Of a stretch of 64,000 nt of DNA, positions 1-9,446 are shown piece by piece. Origin of the DNA: an uncultured Flavobacteriales bacterium. Lineage in GTDB: Bacteria; Bacteroidota; Bacteroidia; Flavobacteriales_D; Sanyastnellaceae. The position numbers and the translations under genes are program-made. Under the pieces are notes generated by a model. That model made no database searches and was not told the DNA's origin. It worked only from the letters and a program-made list of their open reading frames with translations. The stretch's first letter is position 1; every line of letters starts with the position of its first letter. The stretch spans positions 257 to 64,256 of the forward strand of contig CBFHUP010000005.1 of assembly GCA_965659115.1 (NCBI GenBank), read 5' to 3'.

Positions 1-1
1 G

Positions 2-820
2 CTCAAGGCGCTCAAGGGCGTTGGAGTCACCCGATTGAGTGTGGGCATACAGAGTTTTGACCCCGATGTGTTGGCTTGGATGCGCCGCATACACAGCGCC
101 GATACAGCCGAGTCTGCGGTGCGGAGCGCGGCTGAATTGGGGTTCGAACACATCTCGTTAGACCTGATGTACGGCCTGCCTGTTGGCCCGAAAGACCGGT
201 GGCATAGGGATTTACAACGCGCACTGGCCCTGCCTGCGGACCACTTGAGTTGCTACATTCTGACGGCAGAGCCCCGCACACTGTACGGACACCAACTCGA
301 CAAAGGGCAACTGAACGCCCCGCCCGATGACCAGGTCGTCCGTGAATACCGCCAACTCTGTGAGGCTACTGCAGCCGAAGGGTTCGAGCACTACGAGGTC
401 TCTAATTTCGCCAGGCCAGGCGGCCGAAGCAGGCACAATTCGGCTTATTGGGATGGCACACCCTATCTCGGAGTAGGGCCCGGCGCGCACAGCTTCAAGG
501 CGCCGAAAAGGTGGTGGAATGCACGGTCAAACGCCGCTTTCCTGCGCGCTTCAGAGGAAGGAAACTTCGACGACCAGCAGTCTTCTGAATTGCTGAGCAA
601 GGCCGACCGCTTCAACGAGGCCCTGATCACCGGCCTGCGCCGCACAGAGGGGGTCGACCCCCAATCTCTGCGCGCAGAAACCGGGCAAGACCTGCTGGCA
701 CAAGACGGTCTTGATGGATTGATTGGAGCTGGAGACTGTGAGTGGCACGATGGGCGTTTGCGCATCCCGGAGCCGCGCTGGCCGATGGGCGATGCGATCA
801 CCCTGAAATTGATGTGTTGA
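2..820 (+). CDS. hemW: Radical-SAM heme chaperone HemW / HemN-like coproporphyrinogen-III oxidase family; C-terminal part only, the 5' end lies upstream of the window
   Basis: The frame is open back to base 2 (LKALKGVGVTRLSVGIQSF...). HemN/HemW-type blocks are present: RLSVGIQSF, DLMYGLP, HLSCY, SRHNSAYW, YLGVGPGAHS. Confidence 0.85.
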   Translation, partial: LKALKGVGVTRLSVGIQSFDPDVLAWMRRIHSADTAESAVRSAAELGFEHISLDLMYGLPVGPKDRWHRDLQRALALPADHLSCYILTAEPRTLYGHQLDKGQLNAPPDDQVVREYRQLCEATAAEGFEHYEVSNFARPGGRSRHNSAYWDGTPYLGVGPGAHSFKAPKRWWNARSNAAFLRASEEGNFDDQQSSELLSKADRFNEALITGLRRTEGVDPQSLRAETGQDLLAQDGLDGLIGAGDCEWHDGRLRIPEPRWPMGDAITLKLMC

Positions 821-829
821 AGCACCCCC

Positions 830-1711
830 TCAACGGGACGATCTCCGTCGCTTGATCGCAGCGTCGGCGAACACCGTTGCCAACAACACCGAGGCTCCGC
901 CGTAAAAGCCAGGCGGCATCACCTCTTCCTCACCAAAAATGAGCAAGGCCAGAATGATGGCGTAGACCGGCTCCAAATTGATGGCCATGGCAACTGTAAA
1001 TGGGCTCATCACCTTCATCACTTCTACTGTGAGCGCAAATGCCACAGAAGTGGCAACGATACCAAGCAAAAGCAGCCAGAGCCAATCTGTAGTCGACGGA
1101 ATGGCTTGCTGCCACCCTCCCATGATCGACATCCATGCGGCCAGGGCCAAGCACGCCGAGGCCAACTCCACCCTGGAAACGGTCAATGAAGGGGCGTGCC
1201 CTCCCCAAATGCTGTTGAGGGTTCCAAAAAGAGCCGCACAAAACGCGCTGACCAGAGCCAACAGCATGCCATGCCCGTAACTCATGTCCACCCGGTACAT
1301 CCACCACAGCCCCATGACAGCCACCAGCCCCAAGAGCAGCTCTGTCGGGTCAACCCGGCGGCGGCGCAATACCGGTTCAATCAGGGCCACAAAAACAGGA
1401 ACCGTGGCCATCACCGCCAGTGCCAGAGACACCGTCGACGCCTTGATGGCAGCAAAAAAAGTCACCCAATGAACCGCCACCAACAGGCCTGTGGCCATGA
1501 TGCCCACCCACACCTTGGCCGACATGACGGGTCGCTTTGACCGGCGCAACCACATCCACACATACAAGCCTCCGGCACCAATCAGTGTGCGCCAAAACAC
1601 AAGCGGTATGGCCGAAAGCGAAATCAACTTCCCCAAAACACCCGTGAATCCAAACACCACGACCGTGGCGTGGAGGGTGATCTGGGCGTGAAGGGGCTTC
1701 ATCGAAGGCAA
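830..1711 (-). CDS. EamA/DMT-superfamily transporter
   Basis: The 293-aa protein is almost entirely hydrophobic, with about 10 TM helices in two EamA-like halves. It is convergent with hemW across a 9-bp gap. Confidence 0.8.
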   Translation of the reverse strand: MPSMKPLHAQITLHATVVVFGFTGVLGKLISLSAIPLVFWRTLIGAGGLYVWMWLRRSKRPVMSAKVWVGIMATGLLVAVHWVTFFAAIKASTVSLALAVMATVPVFVALIEPVLRRRRVDPTELLLGLVAVMGLWWMYRVDMSYGHGMLLALVSAFCAALFGTLNSIWGGHAPSLTVSRVELASACLALAAWMSIMGGWQQAIPSTTDWLWLLLLGIVATSVAFALTVEVMKVMSPFTVAMAINLEPVYAIILALLIFGEEEVMPPGFYGGASVLLATVFADAAIKRRRSSR

Positions 1712-1712
1712 A

Positions 1713-4700
1713 TCACCGGCGAACGACCGAAAGGCTCCAACGCCTCTGGTCTGCGCCCGTCAACTGCAAGGTGTACCAACCGGCTTGCAATGCAGCAGAG
1801 GAAAGCAAAAGGCGGTCCGAAGGCGCCAGGGCACCTCCATGCATGACACGCCGACCTGTGCCGTCGAGCAGCACCCAGCCCGCAAGGGCAACTTCTGTAG
1901 TCAGACCAAAGTCTTCCACACCGAAAGGATTGGGTCCAAAACGGAACGGGGCGTCCACCTCTGGTTCTACAATGCCAATGGTGCTGGTGTCGGGAAAGAC
2001 AACGGTCACCTCTTGGGTCATTTGATCCGAACATACGCCGTCCTGGCTTTGTGCGGTGAGAACGACGGTGAAGGTGTTTTCAGTCAGGTATTCATGGAGC
2101 GGAGAGGTGGTGGTATCAGGCGCTGTGCCGTCCCCGAAAGACCAGAAATAGCCCCCTGCCCCCGTAGACAAGTTCTCGAAGGGAACCGGTCCGTCTTCGG
2201 TGTTCCAAGGGTCCTCCACAAAGAAGTCTGCCTGCACGGGTTCTGAGAGGTCATCCGCACTGCGTGGCAGGATGGTGTAGCCGTTCAAGAATGGGGACTC
2301 TAAATCACGCTGACCGCCAATGCCCGTGACGCCGAACACCCCCTCAGGAGCTTCGGAGCCAAACAGATCGGTGTCGGCATCCACCACCATCAAATACAAG
2401 GCCGCTCCTGTGGAAACGTAGACCTCGAACTGGGGCGCCTGGTTGGTCCATGCCGCTGGGTTGACCAACTCTACACACTTCAAGCGCACCAAATCGCTTT
2501 CCGTTTCTTCACTCAGGGCATTGACCAGCGCAGGTTCCTGCAATGGTTCGCCTTGTGTGGCGAGGATCAATGTGTCGACCAAAATCTGGGCCAGCCCTTG
2601 AAATTGCTGGATAGATCCTCGGATCCGAACACTGTCGCCTTCTTCTACGAGGTAGTTGAAGTTGTCGACCGGGCTGTAGACCTCAATGCCTGCTGTGGGG
2701 TCAATGATGGTGAAGCGCAACCCACTGGGATAGGTGTTAAAACCGTGCACGACCCCGCGCAATTCGCAAGGCACGAGCAGGCTGTCCAGCACGCCATTTC
2801 CATCGATTCCCCGGACATCCGCAATGGGATAGTGGGGGAACCCAAGGTCGTTCGGAGCAATGGTGACCGTGAGGGTTTCCTGGGTCAATTCTGCGTCGCC
2901 CGACAGGATGGTGATGGACAAGGTGAAGGTCTCCACGCCCTCTGGCTCGAAGTCGTCGACAATGCCAACGGTGAACATCTGAGGGGACAGCAAACCCTGA
3001 GGGAAAGTCAAGTCCAACGGAAACAAGGTTCCAAAATCAGCAATGGGCGTCGCGGTGCCCCCGTCGAGCACTTCGATCTGAACCTCAACTTCATTGAGGG
3101 GCAATGAGATGGGGAGTTCTATGCCAATGATGTCGCCTTCAAAAGCGAGCAATTCCGACACCGAAAATCCGATGATGGGCTCCGCTGTGGTATCCAATCC
3201 ACAGGGCAGTGCATTGTGCTCACCGAAAAATCCAAAAGTGTTTTCGGGGTAGTCCAACCACTGGTCGTCCACCTCGTCCCAGTCTGGGCTTCCGGAGGTG
3301 ACCTGTGGTATGCGCACCAGCGTGTTGTGCAGCATGGTGATGTCGTTGACGGGCCAGCCGGCTCCGGGGTTGACCCCCACCTCTCCAAGTACGTCTACCA
3401 CCACGCCGTTGCGTTCGAGCGTCGTTGCGTCGTTGCCGTTGAACAGTGTCACGTCGTCGAGCAAATCTGCCAAGGCTATGAGGTCCGGTACTGCCGACGG
3501 ATTCACGATGGTGTAAACGTCGCCAGGGCCCAACGATCCGTCTAAGGTCACCTCGTGGTTGGCCACAGAGCTGCCATTGTTGAAGGTCTTGATGGTGTAT
3601 TCCGACAGGTCTGCTGTCGCCGTCGCACTGGGGTTGTAGAGCTCCAACCCCTTGCTGAAGGTGCTGCCGTCCACATACTCAGAAAAGAAGAGGTCCGTGC
3701 AGAGGCCGGTGGGATCACATGGCTGAATAGACACATCCAAATGATTGTAAGACAACGCACTACACGAATCAGCCACCAATGCAGTTACGGGCAAACCAAC
3801 CTCAAAGGAGGCGGTATCAATGCTTCCGAGGTAGCTGAATCCATAGACTTCGTATTCCCCCACGCCCAATGACTCGAAGTCGTACACTGGGGTAGATGTG
3901 CTGTCCACAATGTCTCCATTGGCAGACGCGATGACAAACAAATACGGCGCCTCGGGGCTTTCCGAAACAAAGCCAAACGGCACCAAGGTGTTGGAAAAGC
4001 CCAGACAACCGATCGCCTGGTCGTCTCCTCCTGCTGTGGAGACCGCACCTCCATCACAACTGGGGGGGAGGCAGAAAATCCGCTCCACTTCCACGGGTTG
4101 GGCGCTAAATGCCACACACCCCGTGGCCGAAATGCTGTCGTAAGGAGCGCCTACCGCGATGCTGGACGGGTCCAAGTCGCCGTCGTAGCTCATGCCCCAT
4201 ACCAGACAAGGACCTGCCGGGCTGCCAGAGAAGTTGTACCCGAGGTTGCCTTCGCCACCGGGAACCACGTCGAGGACCTCCCCTTGAAGGTCGGTGATGA
4301 CCAGGCCGTATTGGCTTTCAAATGCATTGCTCTCTGCAGTGAATGGGAGGAAGCCACCCGCAAGGTCCACGCAGATTTGTGCGGTTCCATTCTCGCCTCC
4401 TTGGGCACTGATCAATCCGCCGTCGCAGTCCAACAGGTTGGTATAACCCGGTGTTGGTTGTTGGAGGACCATCTGGTCCGAAGAAAATGCGGGGCCTCCA
4501 TCGGGCAGGCGTGCCCAAGCCAGGTTGCCTCCGTTCTGCGAACCATACAACCACTCGTCCAATTGAGGTTGGCCGGGGGTCAAGGAGTCGATCAAAAAAG
4601 GATTGGTCTGGTCCGCTGTTCCGTAGACAATGGCGTCGAGTAGACCGGCGGTGGTGAGCGGTGTGGCAAAGGGAAAATCAATGCTGTCTCCTTCAAACAG

Positions 4701-5066
4701 TGCCACGGCGTCTCCGCCATCCCTCAGCAATCCGGGCTCAAACACCACATCTGCGCCTTCTACCGCAGGATTGGCCAGCAAAAAGAATCCTGCTGAATCC
4801 GTCGACATGCCGTCGAGGTCAAAAGCGGCGTAAACATTGCTGGTTACAGGGCTGCCGCCGCCTTTGTAAAACACCACAATGTGCCCATCAAGCGAAGCAT
4901 TGGGCGCACCATAGAGTTCCACAAATTCCGTGCTGTCGGGAACAGTGTTGGAGTCGCTGTCCACCTCATTGAGGAAGATGTTTTGAGCAAAACAAGGGGC
5001 AATAGAAGCCAAGCACAGCGCGAGAAGCGCAGCGCGAAAACGTGGAGGATGGGATACGGAACGCAT
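1713..5066 (-). CDS. Large T9SS-secreted multidomain protein: two lamin-tail-like domains, a Calx-beta-like block, an OB-like barrel, a PKD domain and a C-terminal sorting domain
   Basis: The ORF runs to 5108, but the Met at 5066 starts a clean signal peptide (MRSVSHPPRFRAALLALCLASIAPCFAQ). LTD-like motifs are NIFLNEVDSDS..EFVELYG and DLFFSEYVDGSTFSKGLELYNPS. The PKD motif is FWSFGDGT...VVLTAQS. The tail GPNPF...WYTLQLTG...SVVRR resembles a T9SS CTD. Confidence 0.8.
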   Translation of the reverse strand: MRSVSHPPRFRAALLALCLASIAPCFAQNIFLNEVDSDSNTVPDSTEFVELYGAPNASLDGHIVVFYKGGGSPVTSNVYAAFDLDGMSTDSAGFFLLANPAVEGADVVFEPGLLRDGGDAVALFEGDSIDFPFATPLTTAGLLDAIVYGTADQTNPFLIDSLTPGQPQLDEWLYGSQNGGNLAWARLPDGGPAFSSDQMVLQQPTPGYTNLLDCDGGLISAQGGENGTAQICVDLAGGFLPFTAESNAFESQYGLVITDLQGEVLDVVPGGEGNLGYNFSGSPAGPCLVWGMSYDGDLDPSSIAVGAPYDSISATGCVAFSAQPVEVERIFCLPPSCDGGAVSTAGGDDQAIGCLGFSNTLVPFGFVSESPEAPYLFVIASANGDIVDSTSTPVYDFESLGVGEYEVYGFSYLGSIDTASFEVGLPVTALVADSCSALSYNHLDVSIQPCDPTGLCTDLFFSEYVDGSTFSKGLELYNPSATATADLSEYTIKTFNNGSSVANHEVTLDGSLGPGDVYTIVNPSAVPDLIALADLLDDVTLFNGNDATTLERNGVVVDVLGEVGVNPGAGWPVNDITMLHNTLVRIPQVTSGSPDWDEVDDQWLDYPENTFGFFGEHNALPCGLDTTAEPIIGFSVSELLAFEGDIIGIELPISLPLNEVEVQIEVLDGGTATPIADFGTLFPLDLTFPQGLLSPQMFTVGIVDDFEPEGVETFTLSITILSGDAELTQETLTVTIAPNDLGFPHYPIADVRGIDGNGVLDSLLVPCELRGVVHGFNTYPSGLRFTIIDPTAGIEVYSPVDNFNYLVEEGDSVRIRGSIQQFQGLAQILVDTLILATQGEPLQEPALVNALSEETESDLVRLKCVELVNPAAWTNQAPQFEVYVSTGAALYLMVVDADTDLFGSEAPEGVFGVTGIGGQRDLESPFLNGYTILPRSADDLSEPVQADFFVEDPWNTEDGPVPFENLSTGAGGYFWSFGDGTAPDTTTSPLHEYLTENTFTVVLTAQSQDGVCSDQMTQEVTVVFPDTSTIGIVEPEVDAPFRFGPNPFGVEDFGLTTEVALAGWVLLDGTGRRVMHGGALAPSDRLLLSSAALQAGWYTLQLTGADQRRWSLSVVRR

Positions 5067-5179
5067 ATTCAGTCCGTTAGAATTGGAGCGCGAAAGTAGG
5101 AACCCCAACGTTTGGAGGGTTTAACAGTTCATGAAATTAGTGGGGCATTCCCGGCGTAACTTCAGGGGTAGGTTTACCG

Positions 5180-8100
5180 TTGAGGGATTTCTCCATGACA
5201 AATGCTCCACATCAGGATTTGCGCCAGAACCTGGACGCCTTTATCCGCAAGTATCACCGGAACGAAATGCTGCGTGGTTTGCTGCTGCTTTTGGCGGCAT
5301 TCCCGGTGGCTTGGTTGACCGTGTTGGCACTTGAGGCCTTTGGTCAATTCGGGACCGATGCGCGCACGGCCTTGTTTTATGCGTTTGTAACCACCATCGC
5401 GGTGGTCGCCTTGCGCTATTTGGCGTGGCCTGCCCTGAGGTTGTTTCGGCTCCGAGGTGGGCTGAATCACGACCAAGCAGCGCGCATTGTTGGACAGCAC
5501 TTCCCTGAAATTGAGGACAGGTTGCTCAACACCCTTCAGCTTCAAGAGCGCGCAGACGCTACCCCATCAGACCAAGGACAGGACCTTTTGCTGGCCTCCA
5601 TCCACCAACGCAGTGAACAGCTGCGTCCATATCGGTTCAGTGCTGCTGTTGATTTTGGAGAAAACCAGCGTTATCTCAAGTATGTCCTGCCCCCCATGTT
5701 GGTGTTTGCCGCCTTGTACATCCTTGTACCCGAGGCGGTGGATGCTCCGACTGAGCGCCTGATCCGACACCGCACCGAGTTGGTGATTCCCCCCGATTTC
5801 CGGTTGATATGCGACCAAGAACTCGAAGCCATCGCCCAGTCTGACTTTACGCTCACGGTGCGCACCGAAGGCACCGTGGTTCCCGCCAAAGTAGAGGTTC
5901 AGGCCGGTGAGGGCCGGTTCCGCATGAGCCGCACTCCTTCTGGAGATTGGAGCTATGTTTTTCGCAATGTGCGGTCGTCTTTGGACCTCGCGGTTTCAGC
6001 GCCAGGCACCCCTGCCCTGGACCTCCGGTTGTTGGTGCTCCCGAGGCCTGAACTCCAGGACCTCAGGATCGAAATACAGCCTCCCCTCCACACTGGACTT
6101 CCTCCCTACCAACAGCGCAATGAAGGTGACCTTGATGTGCCGGAGGGTACCGTTTTGTCCTTTCAACTGGGCACGCGCAACACTACGGCGCTGGGGCTGC
6201 GTTGGGGAGGAGAAATGGCCCGTTTAAACCCCGATGTCAGCAACCGATTCAGCTTCTCAAAAACGGCCGAAGAGGACCTGAACTATGTGCTCTACCCCCA
6301 ATCGGAAACGGTAGGTGTATTGGATTCGGTGCGGTACCGTCTGCGGAGTATCGCGGACCGTCCCCCTACCATTCGGGTGGCAGAATTGACGGACAGCACC
6401 TCCTTGACCCGACTCACCTTCAACGGAATCATCCAAGACGACTACGGCTTTAGCAGCCTCCGTTTTGTGTGGCGTCCAAAAGGAGGCCAACAGGACATGA
6501 CTCCCCTGGATGCGCCGCGGGGCCGCGAAGACAGCTTTTTGCACTTCTGGGACCTGGCCGATATCGGCGTTGGCCTTGGGGATGAAGTCGAGTATTGGTT
6601 TGAGGTCCGCGACAACGACGGGGTCAATGGGGCCAAAGTCACCCGGTCTCAGACGTTCCGCTACGCCGCGCCAACGGAGGAAGAGTTGGCACAGCGGCTG
6701 GACAGCGCCGATGCAGAATTGACGGCCGCTCTCGAAGAGAACCTGGAAGAAGCCAAGCGCCTCCGCGAGCAAATGCGGGAGTTGCGCCGCGAGTTGATGG
6801 AGGAGGACGAACTGGGGTGGGAAGAGAAAGCCGCACTCGAAGAGCTTCTCAAGCAGCAAGAAGCGCTGAAAGAGCAGGTCGAGGAGATGCAGGAGAAAAA
6901 CCGGGACAAGAATGACCAACAGTCCGAGTTTTCCCCGCCCAACGAGGAGATACAGAAGAAACAGGACGAGCTACAAAAGCTCATGGACGAAGTCATGACC
7001 GACGAACTCCAGCAGATGTTTGACGAGCTCCGCGAACTCATGGAGCAAATCGAAGAGGGCGACAAGGAGCAGATCGAGGAACAACTCGAACAAATGGACC
7101 TCGACCAAGAGTCGCTCGAACAAGAGCTGGACCGGGCTTTGGAACAATTCAAGCAACTGCAGTGGGAGCAGAAGATGGAAGAGGCCATCTCGGACCTTGA
7201 AAAGCTGGCTGAAGAACAGGAGGCCCTTGCAGAAGAGACCGAGCAAGGAGAGACCCCAGAAGAAGAACTGGCGGCGAAACAAGATTCCTTGAACAAGGAA
7301 TTTGACAAGGTCAAAGAGGCCCTGGATGACGCTGAGAAGCTCAACAAGGAACTGGAGAACCCCAACAAGGTTCCCACCATGGAAGACCTGCAAGAAGAGA
7401 TTGAGCAAGAGATGAACGAGGCGAGTGAGCAGCTCGACAGTGGAAAGGAAAAGAAGGCATCAGAAAAGCAGAAGAGCGCTGCTGGCAAAATGGAGCAGAT
7501 GGCGCAGCAGATGCAAAGCTCAATGGAACAGGGCGAGCAAGAATCCATGGAAGAGGACATGGAAGCCCTCCGAGCGCTGCTGGAGAACATCATCACACTT
7601 TCTTTCGACGAAGAAGACCTGATGGGATCGGTCGGAACCACCCAAAAGGATGACCCGCGTTATGTGCGACACGGTCAAGTCCAGCGCAAGCTCAAAGACG
7701 ACGCAGAAATGGTCAAGGACAGCCTGTTCGCCTTGAGCAAACGCGTGACACAACTGCAGTCTATCGTCAACCGTGAGATCAACCTCGTCAACCTTCACAT
7801 GGGCCAAGCCCTCGATGGTTTCACTGACCGCGAGACCAAAATCATCACCACCAATCAGCAGTATGTGATGACGTCTTTCAACAACCTCGCTTTGCTGCTT
7901 GACGAGGTTTTGCAACAGATGCAGAATCAGTCCAGTTGCAACAAACCGGGTACAGGAAACTGCGAGAAACCCGGAGGAAGTGGTTCTAAGCCTTCGCCAA
8001 GTGCGAAACAACTCAAGGGCATGCAGCAATCTCTGACCAAGCAATTGGAGGAGATGAAGAAAAAGATGAAGGGCTCCAACCAAGGAGAAGGCAAAGACGG

Positions 8101-8548
8101 CAAACGGAAGCTCAGTCAGGGCCTTGCGCAGATGGCAGCCCAGCAGGCCGCCATCAGAAAAATGACCCAAGAGCTTGGAGACCAACTCAATGAGGACGGG
8201 TCTGGTCAAGGAAACGGTCTTGAGCAGATTGCCAAGGAGATGGAGGAGATTGAAAAAGACATTGTCAACGGCGAGCTGGACCAACTCACCCTCGATCGCC
8301 AACAAGACATTCTGACACGACTTTTACAGGCCGAATCTGCAGAACGTATTCGCGGAGAAAAAGAGGAGCGAGAATCCAAGACAGCCCGGGAAAACCCGAG
8401 GGATGCGCCACCGAGTTTAGAAGAATACGAACGCAGGAAAGCCCAAGAAATTGAGCTTCTCAGGACCGTTCCGGCCGACCTTACCCCCTATTACAAGCAA
8501 AAGGTCAACGATTATTTCAATACTTTGGACTCCCCGGAAAGGGAGTGA
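5180..8548 (+). CDS. DUF4175-like giant membrane-anchored protein with a roughly 320-aa E/K/Q/L-rich coiled-coil region
   Basis: The N-terminus has TM helices (LLLLLAAFPVAWLTVLALEAF, LFYAFVTTIAVVAL). A long low-complexity acidic coiled coil spans about 6660-7625. The conserved-looking C-terminus is LLQAESAERIRGEKE...YYKQKVNDYFNTL. The start could instead be the ATG at 5195. Confidence 0.75.
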   Translation: MRDFSMTNAPHQDLRQNLDAFIRKYHRNEMLRGLLLLLAAFPVAWLTVLALEAFGQFGTDARTALFYAFVTTIAVVALRYLAWPALRLFRLRGGLNHDQAARIVGQHFPEIEDRLLNTLQLQERADATPSDQGQDLLLASIHQRSEQLRPYRFSAAVDFGENQRYLKYVLPPMLVFAALYILVPEAVDAPTERLIRHRTELVIPPDFRLICDQELEAIAQSDFTLTVRTEGTVVPAKVEVQAGEGRFRMSRTPSGDWSYVFRNVRSSLDLAVSAPGTPALDLRLLVLPRPELQDLRIEIQPPLHTGLPPYQQRNEGDLDVPEGTVLSFQLGTRNTTALGLRWGGEMARLNPDVSNRFSFSKTAEEDLNYVLYPQSETVGVLDSVRYRLRSIADRPPTIRVAELTDSTSLTRLTFNGIIQDDYGFSSLRFVWRPKGGQQDMTPLDAPRGREDSFLHFWDLADIGVGLGDEVEYWFEVRDNDGVNGAKVTRSQTFRYAAPTEEELAQRLDSADAELTAALEENLEEAKRLREQMRELRRELMEEDELGWEEKAALEELLKQQEALKEQVEEMQEKNRDKNDQQSEFSPPNEEIQKKQDELQKLMDEVMTDELQQMFDELRELMEQIEEGDKEQIEEQLEQMDLDQESLEQELDRALEQFKQLQWEQKMEEAISDLEKLAEEQEALAEETEQGETPEEELAAKQDSLNKEFDKVKEALDDAEKLNKELENPNKVPTMEDLQEEIEQEMNEASEQLDSGKEKKASEKQKSAAGKMEQMAQQMQSSMEQGEQESMEEDMEALRALLENIITLSFDEEDLMGSVGTTQKDDPRYVRHGQVQRKLKDDAEMVKDSLFALSKRVTQLQSIVNREINLVNLHMGQALDGFTDRETKIITTNQQYVMTSFNNLALLLDEVLQQMQNQSSCNKPGTGNCEKPGGSGSKPSPSAKQLKGMQQSLTKQLEEMKKKMKGSNQGEGKDGKRKLSQGLAQMAAQQAAIRKMTQELGDQLNEDGSGQGNGLEQIAKEMEEIEKDIVNGELDQLTLDRQQDILTRLLQAESAERIRGEKEERESKTARENPRDAPPSLEEYERRKAQEIELLRTVPADLTPYYKQKVNDYFNTLDSPERE

Positions 8549-8557
8549 AGCCACATC

Positions 8558-8986
8558 ATGTCCGTACAGCGACACCTGCAAATAGCCTCCCGCATGGAAG
8601 GCATCACCGAAGTTGAAGGACTCATCAACACGATCAGCGAAGAACTGGGCGTCGATGAAACCCACTACGGAGAAATTCTCATTGCAATGACCGAGGCGGT
8701 CAACAACGCCATCGTGCACGGCAACAAACTAGATATCAGCAAGATGGTTGATGTCGAAGTGTCCGTCGAAGGCCCTGTCCTGCAATTCAAGATTTCTGAT
8801 GAAGGGCCTGGATTTGACTTTGAGAACATCCCGGACCCGACGTCCCCGGAGAACCTGGAAAAACCCAATGGCCGCGGAGTATTCCTCATGCGCCAATTGG
8901 CCGACTCCTGCGAGTTCCAGGACCTGGGGCGGGTTGCCATCATGAGATTTGAAAGCGCCATATCTCAGGTTGAGAGCGCCAACTGA
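8558..8986 (+). CDS. RsbW/SpoIIAB-like serine-protein kinase (anti-sigma-factor-type HATPase)
   Basis: The 142-aa protein has an N-box (EAVNNAIVHGN), a G1 box (DEGPGF) and a G2-like box (GRGVFLM). It lies 9 nt after the DUF4175-like gene, and its stop overlaps the ybeY start. Confidence 0.75.
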   Translation: MSVQRHLQIASRMEGITEVEGLINTISEELGVDETHYGEILIAMTEAVNNAIVHGNKLDISKMVDVEVSVEGPVLQFKISDEGPGFDFENIPDPTSPENLEKPNGRGVFLMRQLADSCEFQDLGRVAIMRFESAISQVESAN

Positions 8987-9414
8987 TGGCCGAAGAGTCC
9001 ATCTCTTTTCAATTTCAGCATCCTACGTTTCGCCTGCGCCACCGCAGCACTGTTCGCTTGTGGCTCCAAGCTTGCTCCCAAGCTGAAGGAAAAGCCATAG
9101 CTGCGCTCCACTTCCTCTTTTGCGATGATCCTTATATGCTCGAGGCCAACCGACAGTTTCTCAGCCACGACTACCTGACGGACATTCTGACCTTCCCCAG
9201 CCACTCAGCACAAGGGGTTTCTGGTGATGTCCTCATTTCAGTTGACCGCACAAGAGACAACGCCAAACACCTCACAACCAGACCCATAGATGAGCTTCAC
9301 AGGGTCATGGCCCACGGTGTTTTACACCTCATCGGCTACAATGATCACAGCGCCGAGGAAAAAGAATTGATGCGGTCCAAAGAAGACACCTGGCTCGCTC
9401 AAAGGACATTCTAA
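8986..9414 (+). CDS. ybeY: rRNA maturation endoribonuclease YbeY
   Basis: The metal-binding motif [12 protein letters not shown] is present and the size is typical (142 aa). The TGATG junction at 8984-8988 overlaps the upstream gene by one base. Confidence 0.9.
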   Translation: MAEESISFQFQHPTFRLRHRSTVRLWLQACSQAEGKAIAALHFLFCDDPYMLEANRQFLSHDYLTDILTFPSHSAQGVSGDVLISVDRTRDNAKHLTTRPIDELHRVMAHGVLHLIGYNDHSAEEKELMRSKEDTWLAQRTF

Positions 9415-9425
9415 GCCACTCAAAC

Positions 9426-9442
9426 GTTCCACGTGGAACATC
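9426..9442. promoter_or_regulatory. Palindromic element GTTCCACGTGGAACATC, upstream copy
   Basis: A perfect 14-bp palindrome (GTTCCAC|GTGGAAC) ends 4 nt before the mnmG ATG. The identical 17-mer recurs at 11312-11328. Confidence 0.6.
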
Positions 9443-9446
9443 TATC

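Noticed and set aside
6661-7641. A 326-aa Ser/Cys-rich ORF on the minus strand, and its neighbour at 7520-8305 (261 aa).
   Set aside because: Both lie entirely antisense to the GAR-rich coiled-coil region of the DUF4175-like gene. The low-complexity S/C composition is the mirror image of E/K/Q/L codons and is not a real gene.
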